Shown one piece after another: positions 25,596 through 38,672 of a DNA stretch of 64,000 nt. The stretch comes from Mobula hypostoma (taxonomy: Eukaryota), in the NCBI RefSeq assembly GCF_963921235.1, contig NC_086101.1, positions 7,256,001 through 7,320,000 on the forward strand, in the 5' to 3' direction. The notes below the pieces were generated by a model. That model was not told the origin of the DNA and made no database searches. It worked only from the letters and a program-made list of their open reading frames with translations. Positions within the stretch are counted from its first letter, which is position 1. Every line of letters begins with the position of its first letter. The position numbers were made by a program, and so were the translations under genes.

Positions 25596-26137
25596 GCACT
25601 GTGGCCACATTACTAGGTACCTGCTGTACCTAATAAAGTGGCCACTGAGTGTATGTTCCTGATCTTCATCCCGTCCGCTTCAAGGTTCAATGTTTTGTGC
25701 ATTCAGGGATATTCTTCCGCACACCACTGTTGTAATGTGTGGTTATTTGAGTTCCTGTCGTCTTCTTGTCAGCTTGAAGCAGTCTGGCCATTCTCCTCTG
25801 ACCTCTCTCGTTAACAAGGCGTTTTCATACACAGAACTGCCACTCTTTCTTTTTTCTGTGTGTTTCACACCATTTATGTAAACTTTAAAAACTGTTGTGC
25901 ACGAAAATCCTGGGAGTTCAGAAGTTTCTGAGATACTTAAACCACCCCATCTGGCACCAACAATCATTCCACGGTCAGTCACTTAGGTTACATTTCTTCC
26001 CCCATTCTGATGCTTGGTCTGAACAACAACTGAACCTCTTGACCACATCTACATGTTTTTTCTGCATTGAGTCGCTGTCACCTGATTGGCTGATTTGATC
26101 TTTGTACAAATGTACCTAACAAAATGGCCACTGTGTG
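25596..26137 (-). mobile_element. Tc1-like non-autonomous element
   Basis: ORF 25743-25982 DRGMIVGARWGGLSISETSELPGFSCTTV resembles a Tc1 HTH. TIR-like TGTACCTAATAAAGTGGCCACTGAGTG is present at both ends and duplicated as a palindrome at one end. Confidence 0.8.
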
Positions 26138-26756
26138 TCTGTGAAGTCGGGCTGGAGTCACTGCTGTTGGTTTCATGGCGGACAGAAGGTTGAAAGTATA
26201 CCTGATAGAGGTGCTCCAAGATTGATTGGTTTACGGAACATAGATGGAATCGTCCATTAGGAGAACACAGATATAAAGTGATGGGCTAACAATACAGAGA
26301 AAGGGATGTGATTTTGGCTTTTGATCTACAGTGTTGTGCCAACCTTTTAACTTACTGTGTTAAAATCTAACCCCTGATGTTGTATTGAACATTTAATCCA
26401 TTCTAAAATCTGACCTTTCCCTCCTGCATAGGCCTCCATTTTTCTATTATTCATGTGCCCATTTTAGAGTTTCTTAAATGTCCCTAATGTATCTGCCCCT
26501 GGCAGCACATTTCACACATCCTCTCTCTCAGTAACTACCTCTGACTTACTCTTGTACGTTCCTCCAATTACTTTGAAATCGTTGCCCCTCATATTACCCA
26601 TTTCTGTCTTGGGAAGAAGTCTCTGATCTCTGATCTATCTCATGCCCTCATCCTCCTTCACTCCAAAGAGAAAAACTCTAACTTTTCCCCATAAGACATT
26701 CTCTCCACTTCAGGCAGCATCCTCTGCACCCTCTTTAAAACTACCACATCCTTGTT

Positions 26757-27060
26757 AGACATCCGTTAGTCTCATAAGACCATGGATTTGTGCCTTGGAA
26801 GGTTTCCAGGGCACAGGCCTGGGCAAGGTTGTATGGAAGACCGGCAGTTGCCCACGCTGGGGGTCTCCCCTCTCCACGTCACCGATGTTGTCCAAGGGAA
26901 GGGCATTAGGGCCCATACAGCTTGGCACCGATGTCATCGCAGAGCAATGTGTGGTTAAGTGCCTTGCTCAGGGCCACAACACGCTGCCTCAGCCAAAGCT
27001 CGAACTAGTGACCTTCAGATCACTAGAGGAATGCCTTAACCACTTGGCCACGTGCCAACA
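26757..27060 (-). mobile_element. tRNA-derived CORE-like SINE
   Basis: Minus strand has A box TGGCCAAGTGG, B-box-like GTTCGAGC and CORE-like CTGAGCAAGGCACTTAAC. Further copies at 35853-36152 (-) and 34010-34225 (+). Confidence 0.8.
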
Positions 27061-29963
27061 CAAGCTCTTAAACTCAATCTAATGAAGGCCAACACAACAT
27101 AGGTCTTATTAACTACCTAACGAACTTGCGCAGCAAGTTTGAGTGATCTAAGATGGCACAGCACCATCCTCCCCTTGCACCCTTTCCTCTTCATTGGCAC
27201 TCTCCCTTCCCTTCACTCATTACACTCGGATTAGCATTGAGATCCACTCCGTGTTCATCTGCTACGGGTAGCCTCACGGCATAAGATTAGCTCCGCACTC
27301 GGTCTGTAGGGGTGATCCTGACCGTCTTATTGCTTACCTCTTCAACACCTCTATTCTGACCTGCCTGTCTGCAGCCTCCTCCACCACCAATATGAGGCCT
27401 TACGTTCCACCCCGGCACTCTGCAACCTTCTGGAAGTGAATATTGAATTTTCTAACTTCAGGCAAACTGTGGTCAAAGTCAAGTTCAAATGTATTGCCAT
27501 GCGCTGAAGTGTACTAATGTAAAGATAGACGACCTGCAGCTGCATCACAGGCATGTAGCATCAGATGAGCAGTAAGATCACAGGAAACAGCTGCCCCCTA
27601 CCCCCCTACGGAGTCTGTCCACCCTTCTCGTTGCTTCAGTAAATCAACCAGCATAATCAAAGACCCCACCTTCCCCGCGCATTCTCTTTTCTCCACCCCC
27701 TTCATCGGGCAGAAGATACAGAAGTCTGAAAGCACGTACCACCAGGCTGAAGGATAGTGTCTACCCCATCTAATGTCCGATTCTTGAAAGGGCCTCTTAT
27801 AAGATAAGATGGGCTCTTGACCTCAAAATCTCCATAGTTACGATGTTGCACTCTATCATTTACCTGCACTGCATCCTAACCATCTATCTGTCCATTGGAC
27901 ATTTTGTGTCTATGCCATTTAAATAAAATACTTGAATAAATATGACCCACTCTCCTCCCCTATCCGATGTCTTCTTCTTCAGCCCTTTACCTCTTCCACC
28001 TATCACCTCCCAGTGCCGTACATCATCTCCCTCCCCTATCCACCCAACTTCCTCTTCACCTGGTCTTCACCTGTCACCTGCCAGCTTGTACTCATTCCCA
28101 TCCCCCACCTTCTTCCCCCTTCCTTTCTGGTCCTGATGAAGGGTCTCGGCCCAATAGATACAGAAGGGATATCAGGGGTAAGTTTTTTGATGCAGAGAGT
28201 GGTGAGTGTGTGGAATGGGCTGCCGGCGACAATGGTGGAGACGGATACAATAGAGTCTTTTAAGAGAGTGCTGAATAGTTACATGGAGCATTGAAAAATA
28301 GAACTCTATGGGTAACCCTAGGTAATTTCTAAGGTAAAGACATGTTCAGCACAGCTTTGTGGGCCGAAGGGCCTGTAATGTGCTGTAGGTTTTCTATGTT
28401 TCTAAGTTTCTAATATATCAACTGTTTATTTCCATCCATAGACGTCCTCTGACCCGCTGAATTCCTCCAGCATAAACCATATGTGTTGCTCACGGTTTCC
28501 AGCATCTGCAGAATCTCTTGTGTTTAGGAATTTGCATCTCTGCTTTGCCTTTGGCGATGTTTCGGAGAACGTTAAAGTTAATGAAACACAGCCACTGTTT
28601 TGATGAGATGGCCCATTTGCACACGCTGAGCTCCCATGCTGTCTTAATAGCCTGTTTTAATGATGTCTGTTGAGGACACCAGGGGAAAAATCTCCCAACT
28701 CATCTACAGACCGTGCCGGTGATGCTAAGTCTCAAATCAGAAGTTTCTCCTCATTTCCAGCTTTGATTGGTAGCCCCCTTAATTAAATCTATGCACCTAT
28801 GTTTTAGATTTCCCCAGCAGCTGGAACAGTGTCTCACCAGTTATTCTCCCATCTTCCTCACAATCACAGGCACAAGAGATTCTGCAGATGCTGGAAATCC
28901 AGAGCAACACAGACAAAATGCTGGAGGAAATCAGTAGGTCAGGCGGTAGCCATGGTGAGGGTAAACAGTCGATGTTTTGGGCTGAGGCTGAGGCCGAGGA
29001 CTGTGAAGAAAGAAGTCAGAGGCAAGAACAAAGGGGAAGGAGGAAGAGTTATAAGTGAATTCAGATGAGGGGGGTAAGATAAGTGGGTGGGGAGAGGGGT
29101 ATAAAGGGGAATAATGTGAAAAGCCAGGAAGTGATAGATGAGACCAGGAGTGGGGAAGGTGGGTAGGAGGGGGAGTGGATATGAAGTAAGGAGCTGTGGC
29201 ATGATAGGTGGAAGAACAAGGGCTGAAGAAGAAGGAATCTGATAGGAGAGGATAGTGGACCATGGAATAAAGGGAAGGAGGAGGTAAAACCAGAGGGAGG
29301 GAATGAGCAGGTCATGAGGGTAGAGGAATGCAAGAGACCGTGATTACATCAGAACCTGATATTGAAACGCCAATGTCATTGAATGGAAAACATACTGAAA
29401 GTAATGGATATGGCCCACTCCATCACAGGTAAAGCCCACCCCACCATTGAACACATCTACAAATAATACTGTTGCAGGAAAGCAGCATCCATCATCAGGG
29501 ACCCCCACCACCCAGGTTCAGGAACAGTTATTACCTCTCAGTCATCAGGCTCTCGAACCAAAGGGGATAACTTCACTCGCCCCGTCACTGAACTGTTTCC
29601 ACAAGATATGGACTCAGTTTCAAGGACTCGTCATCTCAAGTTATCGATATTTATTGCTTATTTATTTATTTATCTGCCCCGCTATCTATTCATTTATTTA
29701 TTTATCTATCCCTCCATCTATTTATTTATTATTTATGTTGTCTTTTCCACACTGTTTGAGCAGCCAAGTTGGTGTAGTCTTCCACTGATTCTATTGTGTT
29801 CAATTGTATTTACTATGAATGCCTGCAAATAAATGAATCTGAGGGTTGTATATGGTGACAACTATGTACTTTGATGATCAATTTACATTGAAATTTGAAC
29901 TTGAACTTGAGAAATGTCGAGGGTGCTACAGGAATGATGGAAAACAAAGTGGGGGTGGAAGAA

Positions 29964-30379
29964 GGCTGGAGGCCTGGAGGTGGACTGTCCTGTGGCTGGA
30001 GGCCTGGAGGTGGATTGTCCCATGGCTGGGGGCCTGGAGGTGGACTGTCCCATAGCTGGAGGCCTGGCGGTGGACTGCACCGTGGCTGGGGGCCTGGAGG
30101 TTGACTGTCTCATGGCTGGGGGCCTGGAGGTTGACTGCCCCGTGGCTGGAGGCCTGGAGGTTGACTGTCCCATGGCTGGGGGCCTGAAGGTGGACTGTCC
30201 CGTGGCTGGAGGTGGGCTGTCCCGTGGCTGGAGGCCTGGAGGTGAGCAGTCCCATGGCTGGAGGCCTGGCGGTGGACTGTCCCGTGGCTGGAGGTGGGCT
30301 GTCCTGTGGCTGGAGGCCTGGAGGTGGGCAGTCCCGTGGCTGGAGGCCTGGCGGTGGACTGTCCCGTGGCTGGAGGCCT
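29964..30379. repeat. GC-rich 30-bp minisatellite with shorter variant units
   Basis: Unit GGCTGGAGGCCTGGAGGTGGACTGTCCCGT; generates the repetitive ORFs in several frames. Confidence 0.95.
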
Positions 30380-30569
30380 GTCGCTGTGTGTGAGTGAGTG
30401 GGTGGGTGGGAGGAAGAATCTGGGCTTGATTTCCTTCTGTTGGTTTTCTGACGTTTGCTTGAGAAAAAACCAGCATGGTTGGTATCAGAATGTGCAGCGA
30501 CACTTGTGGGTGGCCCTCAACATGTCCGTAGGCTGTATTGGATGTTAATGTAAATATTGTGTTTCACTG

Positions 30570-31584
30570 TACACTTAGTGGCCACTTTATGAGGTACACC
30601 TGCACACCTGCACGTTAATAGAAATATCTAATCAGCCAATCATGTGGCAGCAACTCAATGCATAAGATTATGCCAGCACGGTATTGTTATTCAGACCAAA
30701 CATCATAATGGGGAAGAAATGTGATCTAAGTGACTTTGATTGTTGGTGCCAGTCGGGTGTAGTTTGAGTATCTCAGGAACTGCTGATCTCCTGCAACTTC
30801 CACACACAACAGCTAAGAGTTTACAGAGAATGGTGCGAGAAACAGAAGAAAATGTATCCAGTGAGTGGCAGCTCTGTGGGCAAAAACACCTTGCTAATGA
30901 GAGAGCCCACAGAAGAATGGCCAGACTGGATGTAGCTGATGAGAAGGCAACAGTAACTCAAATAACCGGGCCTGTTGGTCTGAGCTCGGTGGGAGGAAGG
31001 ATGTTGGAGTTGGTTGTTAAGGATGTGCTTTTGGGGGTCATACAATAAAATAGGCCGAGCAGGTGACCTACTTAAAACCTATTGAATGTTGAAAGGCTTC
31101 GATAGAGTGGATGCACGGAGAATGTTTCCTATGGTGGGAGTGTCTAGGACCAAAGGACAGAGCCTCAGAATAGGGGGGTGTCTTTTAAGAACGGAGATGA
31201 GGAGGAATTTCTTTAGCCAGAGAGTGGTGAATCTGTGGAATTTGTTGCCACAGATGACTGTGAAAGCCAAGTCATTGGGCATATTTAAGGCAGAGATTGA
31301 TAGATTCCTGATTGGTCAGCGCAAGAAGGGATACGAGGAGAAGGCAGGCAGGAGATTGGGGCTGAAAGGAAAAATGGAGAGCAGACTCGATGGGCTAAAT
31401 GCCCTAATTCTACTCCTATATCTTATGGAATTATGGTCTAAGTACAGGTTACAACAGTGGTGTGCAGAAGACAACACATCGAACTTTGAAGTGGACGGGC
31501 TACAGCAGCAGAAGACCATGAACATACAGACAGTGGCCAGATTATTAGTACAGGAGGTAATGAGAGAAAAGGCCACTGAGTGTA
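30570..31584 (+). mobile_element. Tc1-like element interrupted by a CR1 fragment (about 30968-31440)
   Basis: Left TIR-like TACACTTAGTGGCCACTTTAT and right GGCCACTGAGTGTA; internal CR1 RT C-terminal ORF 31086. Confidence 0.8.
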
Positions 31585-31915
31585 TGTTTTGATGTACACG
31601 TGATAAATAAATCTGAATGTAAAATGAAAGCAGGGGATGGTGATTAGCAGAAGTTAGTGAAGCTGCTGTTGATACAGGGATTTACATCTTCAAACTGACA
31701 GAGTATTTGCCTTGCCTGAGAGCTGGGCCCATAACAAACACATCAATGTGTCACTTGCCCCCTGGTTTAGAGATTGTGTGATTATCATTAATCCTCACTC
31801 AGCAGAGTATTCCTTTTCTTGCCGTCAGTGCAGAGTGACAGAGAGAATAAACTGGCTCGAAAGCACGTCTTCGCAAGTAGCAGGCAATATAATTGGAGCA
31901 TTTTCTATCTCATCC

Positions 31916-31970
31916 ATGTCAGGGCGGAGACGGAAACACGAGTTGGCTGTAGACACAGGTCAGACGGAAG
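31916..31970 (+). CDS. Possible alternative first coding exon (MSGRRRKHELAVDTGQTE + 1 nt)
   Basis: Unique CpG-containing block; ATG at 31916; donor AAG|GTACTT at 31971; same phase 1 as exon 4355-4373. Confidence 0.3.
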
Positions 31971-32082
31971 GTACTTACTTACTATTTCCAGCACCTGTCA
32001 GTTTTTTCATCCTCGGTCTAGCCTCGCAGGCAAATGCACCATTATACCATTTTTATCCATGCACCATAGGAAAACATCCTTA

Positions 32083-33265
32083 GCACAAGGGATTCTGCAG
32101 ATGCTGGAAGTCTTGAGCGACATACAGAAATGCTGGAAAAATTCAGCAGGTCAGGGAATGTTTTGGGCTCAGACCTCATCAGGACTGGAAAGGAAGGAGG
32201 CAGAAAGCAGAATAAGAAGGTGTCGGGGGGTTGGGGGTGATATGGGGAGGAACACAAACGGGCAGTTGATGGATGGAAGAAGCGAAGAGCTAAATTATCC
32301 CCCACCTCCTTTTTCTTTCTTTCATTCCCCATTGTGGTTCCCCTCTCACCCTCTCTGTTCTCCCCTCCTATCCATCACCTCCCTCTGGTTCCCCTCCTCC
32401 TTTCCCTTCTTTCGTGAACCACCATGATTTCCTTTCAGACTCCTTCTCCTTCATCTCCTTGCCTCCTTCACTGCCCAGCTCCTGATTTCGTCACCCTCCC
32501 CCACCCATCTCATCTGCTCTCACCTATCACCTGCCCGCTTGTGCTCCTTCTCCCCCACCTGCCATGGAGAGGAAGGAACAGTTGTGGCTTGGGCCGAGAC
32601 CCTCGATCAGGACCGGACAGGAAGGGTGAAGAAGCGAAAGTAAGAAGATAGGAAGAGGGGAAGGAGGTGATGGTGAAGTCAAGGATTTTGAGTCGGCGGG
32701 GGGAGGTGGATGAAGCAAGAAGCTGGAAGGTGACGGGTGGACAAGGTAAAGGGTTGAACAAGAGGAGTCTGGTAGGACAGGACAATGGACCGTGAGAGAA
32801 AGGGAAGCAACATGAAAACCAATGGGGGATTGTGAGCAGGGGAGGGAAAGGGGAGAAAGCAAAGCCTAAATGGGGAATGGAAAAAGAAAGAAGGGGAAGG
32901 AGGAGAAATTGTTGGAAGTTAGAGAAATCAATACCACAAGAAATTCTGCAGATGCTGGAAGTCTGAAGAAACACACACAAAATGCTGGAGGAACTCAGCA
33001 GGCCAGGCAGCATCTATGGAAATGAAGAAACAACTGATGTTTTGGGTCGAGACCCCTCATCGGGACCGGAAAGGAAGGGGGAAGATGCCAGAATAAAAAG
33101 CTTGGTGGAGGGGAAGGAGGAGAGCCAGAACGTGATAGCTGAAGCCAGGTGGGTGGGAAAGGAGATGAGGGAATCTCACAGAAGAGAAGCGTGGACCATA
33201 GGAGACAGGGAAGGAAGAGGGTCACGGGGGGAGGGCAGGGGATAGGCAGGTGAGAAGAGGTGAGA
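32083..33265. mobile_element. Cluster of Penelope-like element fragments in alternating orientation
   Basis: Three degenerate minus-strand hammerhead motifs (about 32158, 32580, 33033) plus purine/pyrimidine tracts matching 15600-16000. Confidence 0.75.
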
Positions 33266-36200
33266 GGCCAAAGTGGGGAAGGCTCTGACTCGTTGAACTC
33301 TGCCAGCTTCTTGCTATAAAGGTAAAGACTAGCTTTATTTGCCACACGTGCACCAAAACATACAGTGAAGTGCGTTGCTGTGTCAACGACCAACACAGTC
33401 TGAGGATTGTGCTGCGGGATGCCCACAAGTGTTAGCACACTTCTGGAGCCAACGTAACTTGACTGTAACTCATAACCTATAAGCCAGAGGAAACCAGAGG
33501 ACCCGAAGGAAACCCCCACGGTCACGGGGAGAACGTATAAACTCCTTACAGACAGTGGCGGGAATTGACCTTCAATCACTTGCACTGTAAAGCGTTACAC
33601 TAACATGATCCACCAATCGCCTACTAGCCTCTATACTCCACCTCACTTGGACAGTTGTCCACAGACAATCTATTCCATTCACTCGCTGTCTTGTTCGAGG
33701 GTACTGACCACTAATTCAGCTTGCTGACTCCGCAGATGCTGCCTGACTCTCTGCGTTCTTCCAGCACCATGGTTGTTGATCCAGCAGCTCGCTGTGGTGA
33801 CATCCGACTCCGTTGGGCCAGTTTATCTTACGGAACACAATGCTCCCCCACATTTCCCTTCTGTTGAAAACCTGCTTGCATCTCTCCTTTACCAGTGCTG
33901 ATGAAGGTTCTCAGCCCAAAGCTTTGACTGGTTGTTCCTCTCCGTAGCTGCTGCCTGACCTGCTGAGTTCTTCAGGCATTTGGAGTGCTAGTGGAGGCTT
34001 GAGCTGTGTGAGCACGTGGCCAAGTGGTTAAGGCATTGGACTAGCTACCTGAAGGTCACTAGTTCGAGCCCCAGCCAAGGGAATATGTTGTGTCCTTACA
34101 TTGCTCTGCAACGACACTGGTGCCAAGCTGTATGGGTCCTAATGCCCTTCCCTTGGACAACATTGGTGTTGTGGAGAGGGGAGAACCTTGCCCCGGGTGA
34201 AGACTTTCCAGGCACAGATCCATGGTCTGGCAACGGAGGCTTGATCTAGGTAGCAAAAAGTACTAGGCGTCCCTCCTCTCACTGTCTTTGTGTATATGTG
34301 TCTGTGTCTGTATCTGCATGTACAGATGTGTGCAAATGTAATACACACAGACATACACAACATGTGTATGTCTGTGTGTGTATATGCCTGTACACATGTA
34401 TCTGTGTGTTTGTACCTGTGCGAATGTGTGCGAACGTGCATTTCTGGGAAGGCAGGGAGTGCAAGCACCACAGTGAGTGAGTGTGTAGTGTAACAAGCTG
34501 CGTGCGTGCAAGGACGATGTTTGCATGCCTCCAGTGGACTGGGTGAGTCACGAAGATATACTGTACGGTGAAAGGGTAGCAGACCAGAGTCTGCACCAAA
34601 CATCAGCTACCCATTTTCACATTAATAATGCAGTCAATCTATCAGGCTGCCTTGCAATTAATAAAAACTCCTGGGATTCCTACTCACAGCATGATCTTCC
34701 ATTTCTCAGGTCAAGGAAATGGATTGTGTGGAAGCTTGAGGCTCAATAATTCACTCCTCAATTGCAATATACATAAGTAGGGTGTGTTCTGCAGACAAGA
34801 CAGTGATTCTCCTTGTATAAATTAGATTAAGACCACAAGACCATGAAACGTAGGAGCAGAATTAGGTCATTTGACCCATCAAGTGTGATCCACCATTTCA
34901 TCATGGCCGATTTACTTTTCCTCTCAACCCCATTCTCCTGCCTTCTCCCTGTAACCTTTGACACCCTCACTAACTACAAACCTATCAGGCACTGCTTTGA
35001 ATATACCCAATAACTTGGTCTCCACAGCTGTCTGTGGCAATGAATTCCACGGATTCACCACCTCCTGTCTAAAGAAGCTCTTCGTCATCTCTTTTCAAAA
35101 GGGACATCCTTGTATTCTGAGTTTGTGCCTGCTGATCCAAGAGTTCCCGACTGAGGAAATATGCTCTCCACATCCACTCTATCTAAGCCTTTCAATATTT
35201 TTATAGGTTTGAATTAGATCTCCCCTCATTCTTCTAAACTCCAGTGAGTACAGGCCCAGAGCCATTAAACGTTCCTCATATCTTAACCCTTTCATTCCCG
35301 GGATCATTGTCATGAACCTCCTCTGCACCTTCTCCAATATCAGCACATCCTTTCCTAGATAAGGGGCCCAAAACTGCTCGCACTACTCCAAGTGCGGACC
35401 TTCCCTACCATTGACTCAACCTGCAAGTGAACCTTCAGGGAATCCTGCACGAGGATTTCTTTGTCCCTTTGCACCTCTGATTTCCGAATTTGCTCCCTAT
35501 TTAGAAACTGAATTCCTTTCATTGACACAGTCCTGGGGCAGGCAGCCGACCTGAAATGTCGACAGTTGTTCTCCTCCCACAGCTGCTGTCCGACCTGCAG
35601 CACATTCCAGTATGGGCAGCGCCCTGTGTCTACTGAACGGCACGGCAGCATTACGGTGCCAGCGTTTGGAAGATTGGGGCGCAGTCTGTAAGGAGTTTCG
35701 ACATTCTCCCTGTGACTGCTTGGGTTTCCTCTGAGTGCTCTGGTTTCCTCCCTCACTTCACACATAAAAACTACTGAAACGGTAGTGTGCAGGTAAATGA
35801 TAAAGTACAAGATCATCCTAGAGGCAGACAATTTAGATTTAGAAAACTTGTAGGCATCTGTTAGTCTCGTGAGACCTTGGATTTGCAGCTTGGAAGGTTT
35901 CCAGGGCGCAGGCCTGGGCAAGGTTGTATGGGAAACCGGCAGTTTTCCACGCTGCAAGTCTCCCCTCTCCACGCCACCGATGTTGTCCGAGGGAAGGGCA
36001 CTGGGGCTGATACAGCTTGGCACCGGTGTCATCACAGAGCAATGTATGGTTAGGTGCCTTGATCAAGGACACAACACGCTGCCTCAGCTGAGGCTCGAAC
36101 TAGCGACCTTCAGATCACTAGACAGACGCCTTAACCACTTGGCCATGCACCCACACTTTAGAAGACTAGAACAATTATAATAGAAGTAATGAGTGAATCT

Positions 36201-38528
36201 ACAGGTCACCATGCTATCTTGTTTGGAGTTCTTGTAAGATGTTGATTTAAAGATAAAGATTAAAGATGAACTTTATTTGTCACGTGTGCGTTGAAACGTC
36301 GAAACATGGAGTGAAATGTACTATTTGTGTCAACGACCAGCGCAGTCTTAGGTTTCATGCTGGGGCAGCCCGCAGGTGTTGCTGCTTTCTGCGTGCTCAC
36401 AACTTACTAGTCCTAACCTGTACTACATTTTTGGACTGCAGATGAAACTGGAGAATACAGAGGAAGCCCACAGAGGTCACAGAGACAATGTAGAAACTCC
36501 TTATGGACAGTGGTGGGAATTGAACCCTGATCTTACAGCTTCAGTTGTAAAGTGATTGCGCTAAACAGCTACACAAAAACGCCGACCCTATTTGGTACAT
36601 TTGGCCCGAAGGTGTCAGAGTACAATGGTGATGCTGGTTGTGATTGTGCCGACTTGCTCTCTCCCCCTCCCCCATCCAAGTACTTGGTGATAATTGCCGT
36701 CCAAAAGCACGGGGGGCGTGGGGGGCCCTGTGTATTGAATTCCCTGCAGTGAGCGTGAAGGAAAGAACGTGTACAAAGAGAATTCCTGATCTAGCAGTAA
36801 GACACTCAACAGGCAGATGCATTGTAATTGAAAGGAGTGAGCTATTGAGCCTCTGAAGGTTTAAAGAGGTTGACTTTATTTGTCACACGTACAGCGAAAC
36901 ACGCAGCGAGATGCGTCATCTGCGTCAATGACCAACACCAGCCGGCAAGTGTCATCGTGCTTCTGGCACCAACACAGCCTGTCCGCAACTCGCTAACCCT
37001 GGAGTGTGGGAGGAGACCCACACCGTCACGGGGAGAACGTCCAAACTCATATAGACAGCAGCAGGAATTGAACCTGGGTCGCTAGCTCGGGAAAGCGTCA
37101 CTCTAAACGCTACGGTACTGTGCCGCAATGCTCTATACAACATCCTTTATCACAATGCCTTTGTTTGATGTGAGAACTGACAGATCAGGCTGTGAGTAAG
37201 AGCCACAGGAGTTTTTTTTTAATTATAAGGCAGTTTGACAGATTGAACAGAGTGTGGTTAGTTATTCTTAAGAGAAATTATTAATTAAGTGTCATTCAAT
37301 TAAAAAACAGCTTTCAGGGAGTTTTTTTTTGTTTACATTAGAACATGGTTTGTGCAGACAATTATTTGTATATCTTGAAGCAATCCTGAAGGATAATCTG
37401 ATAAATATATGAAGGACTGATTGGCTTTGAGACCGTTGGATGACAGGATAAATAAGACTATGAGATACAGGAACAGAAGCAGCATCATTCATGGCAGCAT
37501 CCACCCTACATTGGATTCCATGTGCCACTTCTTCCTCCGTGCTCAGAACCCTGGGGTGTAGTCCATCTGGTCCAGGTGACTTATCTACCGTCAGACCTTT
37601 CAGCTTCCCAAGCACTTTCTCCCGAGCAAGCACGACTACCCTCACTCGGGTCCATTGGATTTTCTGGCATGAGGCTTCCTAGCAAAGGGTTAGTATGAGA
37701 ACTGTGGGCCAAATGGAATTGGAATTGGAAAAGCTTTAATATTGTCACAACTTGTCTTGCATAATGTTCATACAGATCAATGCATGACACAGTGCACTGA
37801 GGTAGTGCGAAGGAAAATGGTAAGATAATGCCGAATCAAGTGGAACAGCCACAGAGAAATTTCAGTACAGGAACATTACAAGGTACAAGGTCCTACTGAG
37901 TTAGAGTCTGAGGTGAAGAGTTGATTTGACACCAAGAGGAAGGTTAGATGTGAAGGCAGCAGACATAGGGAGAACGAGACAGACTCAACATCTGAAGAGA
38001 TAAAGTTGTCTTTGCGATGCTGAAGGATGCCAGAGCTTGTAGGGAAAACATAAGACCACATGAGCAGAATTTGGCCATTTGGTCCATAGGGTCTGTTCTG
38101 CCAGTCCATCATGGCTGATTTGTTATTCATCTCAACCTGGTTACTGAGGGAACACACCGTCTGGTAGTCAGATTGCTGGAGTCTGGTGCCTACTGTTCTC
38201 TTTACTTCACCACTACCATGCCTTTTGCAGAAAGAGTTAGAGAAATTAGAGAAGTCAGAGAAAACATGTTTTAGAGCAAGGAAAGAGGGGCAAAAGGAAT
38301 AAAGGTATGGTTGGTGGGAGTGATTGAAGAGCAGAAGATGGTTGAGCAAGTGTGGCAATTATACTACCGTAATTCTGACTGGTTGCATCATGGCCTGGTA
38401 CGGAAATATCAACGGCCAGCAACAGAAAGTGGTGCACACAGAAAATACTCTGCAGATGCTGGGGTCAAAGCAACACTCACAACACGCTGGAGGAACTCAG
38501 CAGGTCGGGCAGCATCCGTGGAAACGAT

Positions 38529-38566
38529 CGGTCAACGTTTCGGGCTGGAACCCTTCATCAGGACTG
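38529..38566 (-). ncRNA. Minimal type-I hammerhead ribozyme motif, intact core
   Basis: Minus strand CAGTC-CTGATGA-A-GGGTTCCAGCCC-GAAAC-GTT-GACCG. Confidence 0.75.
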
Positions 38567-38632
38567 AAGAGGGAAGGGGCAGAGGCCCTATAAAGAAGGT
38601 GGGGGGAGGGTGGGAAGAAGAACCTTCCCCCT

Positions 38633-38672
38633 TCAGTCCTGATGAAGGATTCTGTCCCGAAACGTTGACTGA
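38633..38672 (+). ncRNA. Minimal type-I hammerhead ribozyme motif, intact core, weak stem II
   Basis: TCAGTC-CTGATGA-A-GGATTCTGTCCC-GAAAC-GTT-GACTGA; 6-bp stem I. Confidence 0.7.

Noticed and set aside
26980..27060. tRNA gene
   Set aside because: It is the tRNA-like head of a multi-copy SINE that continues into a CORE-like body.
29883..30548. Repetitive protein ORFs in several frames
   Set aside because: Produced by a stop-free 30-bp minisatellite; no supporting gene structure.
31819..32427. 202-aa ORF
   Set aside because: Runs from unique sequence into Penelope fragments and uses a non-ATG start.
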